DNA of 64,000 nucleotides from Escherichia phage SUT_E520: sequence record OQ990040; one strand, 5' to 3'. Shown piece by piece: positions 63,893 to 64,000 of this stretch (position 1 is its first letter; each line of letters starts with the position of its first letter). The notes under the pieces were generated by a model. It saw only the letters and a program-made list of their open reading frames with translations, ran no database searches and was not told where the DNA came from. The position numbers and the translations under genes were made by a program.

Positions 63893-64000
63893 GCATTTAG
63901 AAGGCACGAAAGCGTGCAAAGGAGAATGACCTTGTTTAACGTGCAAGCTGTAGTGTTGAAGATGCTTCTAGCTTCCGAACAGAAGCAAATAGCATTGGAA

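Overview
This window looks like a contiguous piece of a T5-like (Demerecviridae-type) lytic siphophage of enterobacteria, assembled as a draft scaffold with three 100-N gaps. All calls are from reading the sequence; no searches or tRNA folding software were run. Layout: (1) 1-2500, end of the late region, with a pb5-like receptor-binding protein gene (oad) and the divergent Llp lipoprotein gene; (2) 2700-6600, a terminal-repeat-like pre-early segment with four tandem small membrane-protein paralogs, a Dmp-like 5'-deoxynucleotidase, a DnaA-box cluster and dense iteron and direct-repeat arrays; (3) 6600-49700, minus-strand early genes: many small ORFs, two phosphatases, thioredoxin-like protein, a lysis cluster (holin, L-Ala-D-Glu endolysin, spanin pair), ClpP-like protein, dNMP kinase, GrcA-like glycyl-radical cofactor, a tRNA island of about 24 resolvable tRNAs at 24.3-36.3 kb plus several unresolved tRNA-like elements, a SleB-like hydrolase, a REC-like protein, a DEDDh exonuclease, a NADAR/YbiA-like protein, RNase H, ThyA, DHFR, NrdB, an HNH endonuclease, NrdA and PhoH; (4) 50000-64000, plus-strand genes: NrdD, a Sir2-like protein, a HAD-like protein, tandem paralogs, a 929-aa primase-helicase-like protein, a PC4-like protein and a split NAD-dependent DNA ligase. 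A conserved T5-type sigma70 promoter module (TTGCTT/TTGCTA, 17 bp, TATAAT) recurs before most transcription units. The most unusual elements are a host-codon-like three-gene cassette embedded antisense in the tRNA island (32.8-34.6 kb), the Sir2/HAD/paralog block, the NADAR-like gene, the REC-like plus SleB-like pair, atypical tRNA-like loci, and the DnaA-box/iteron region.
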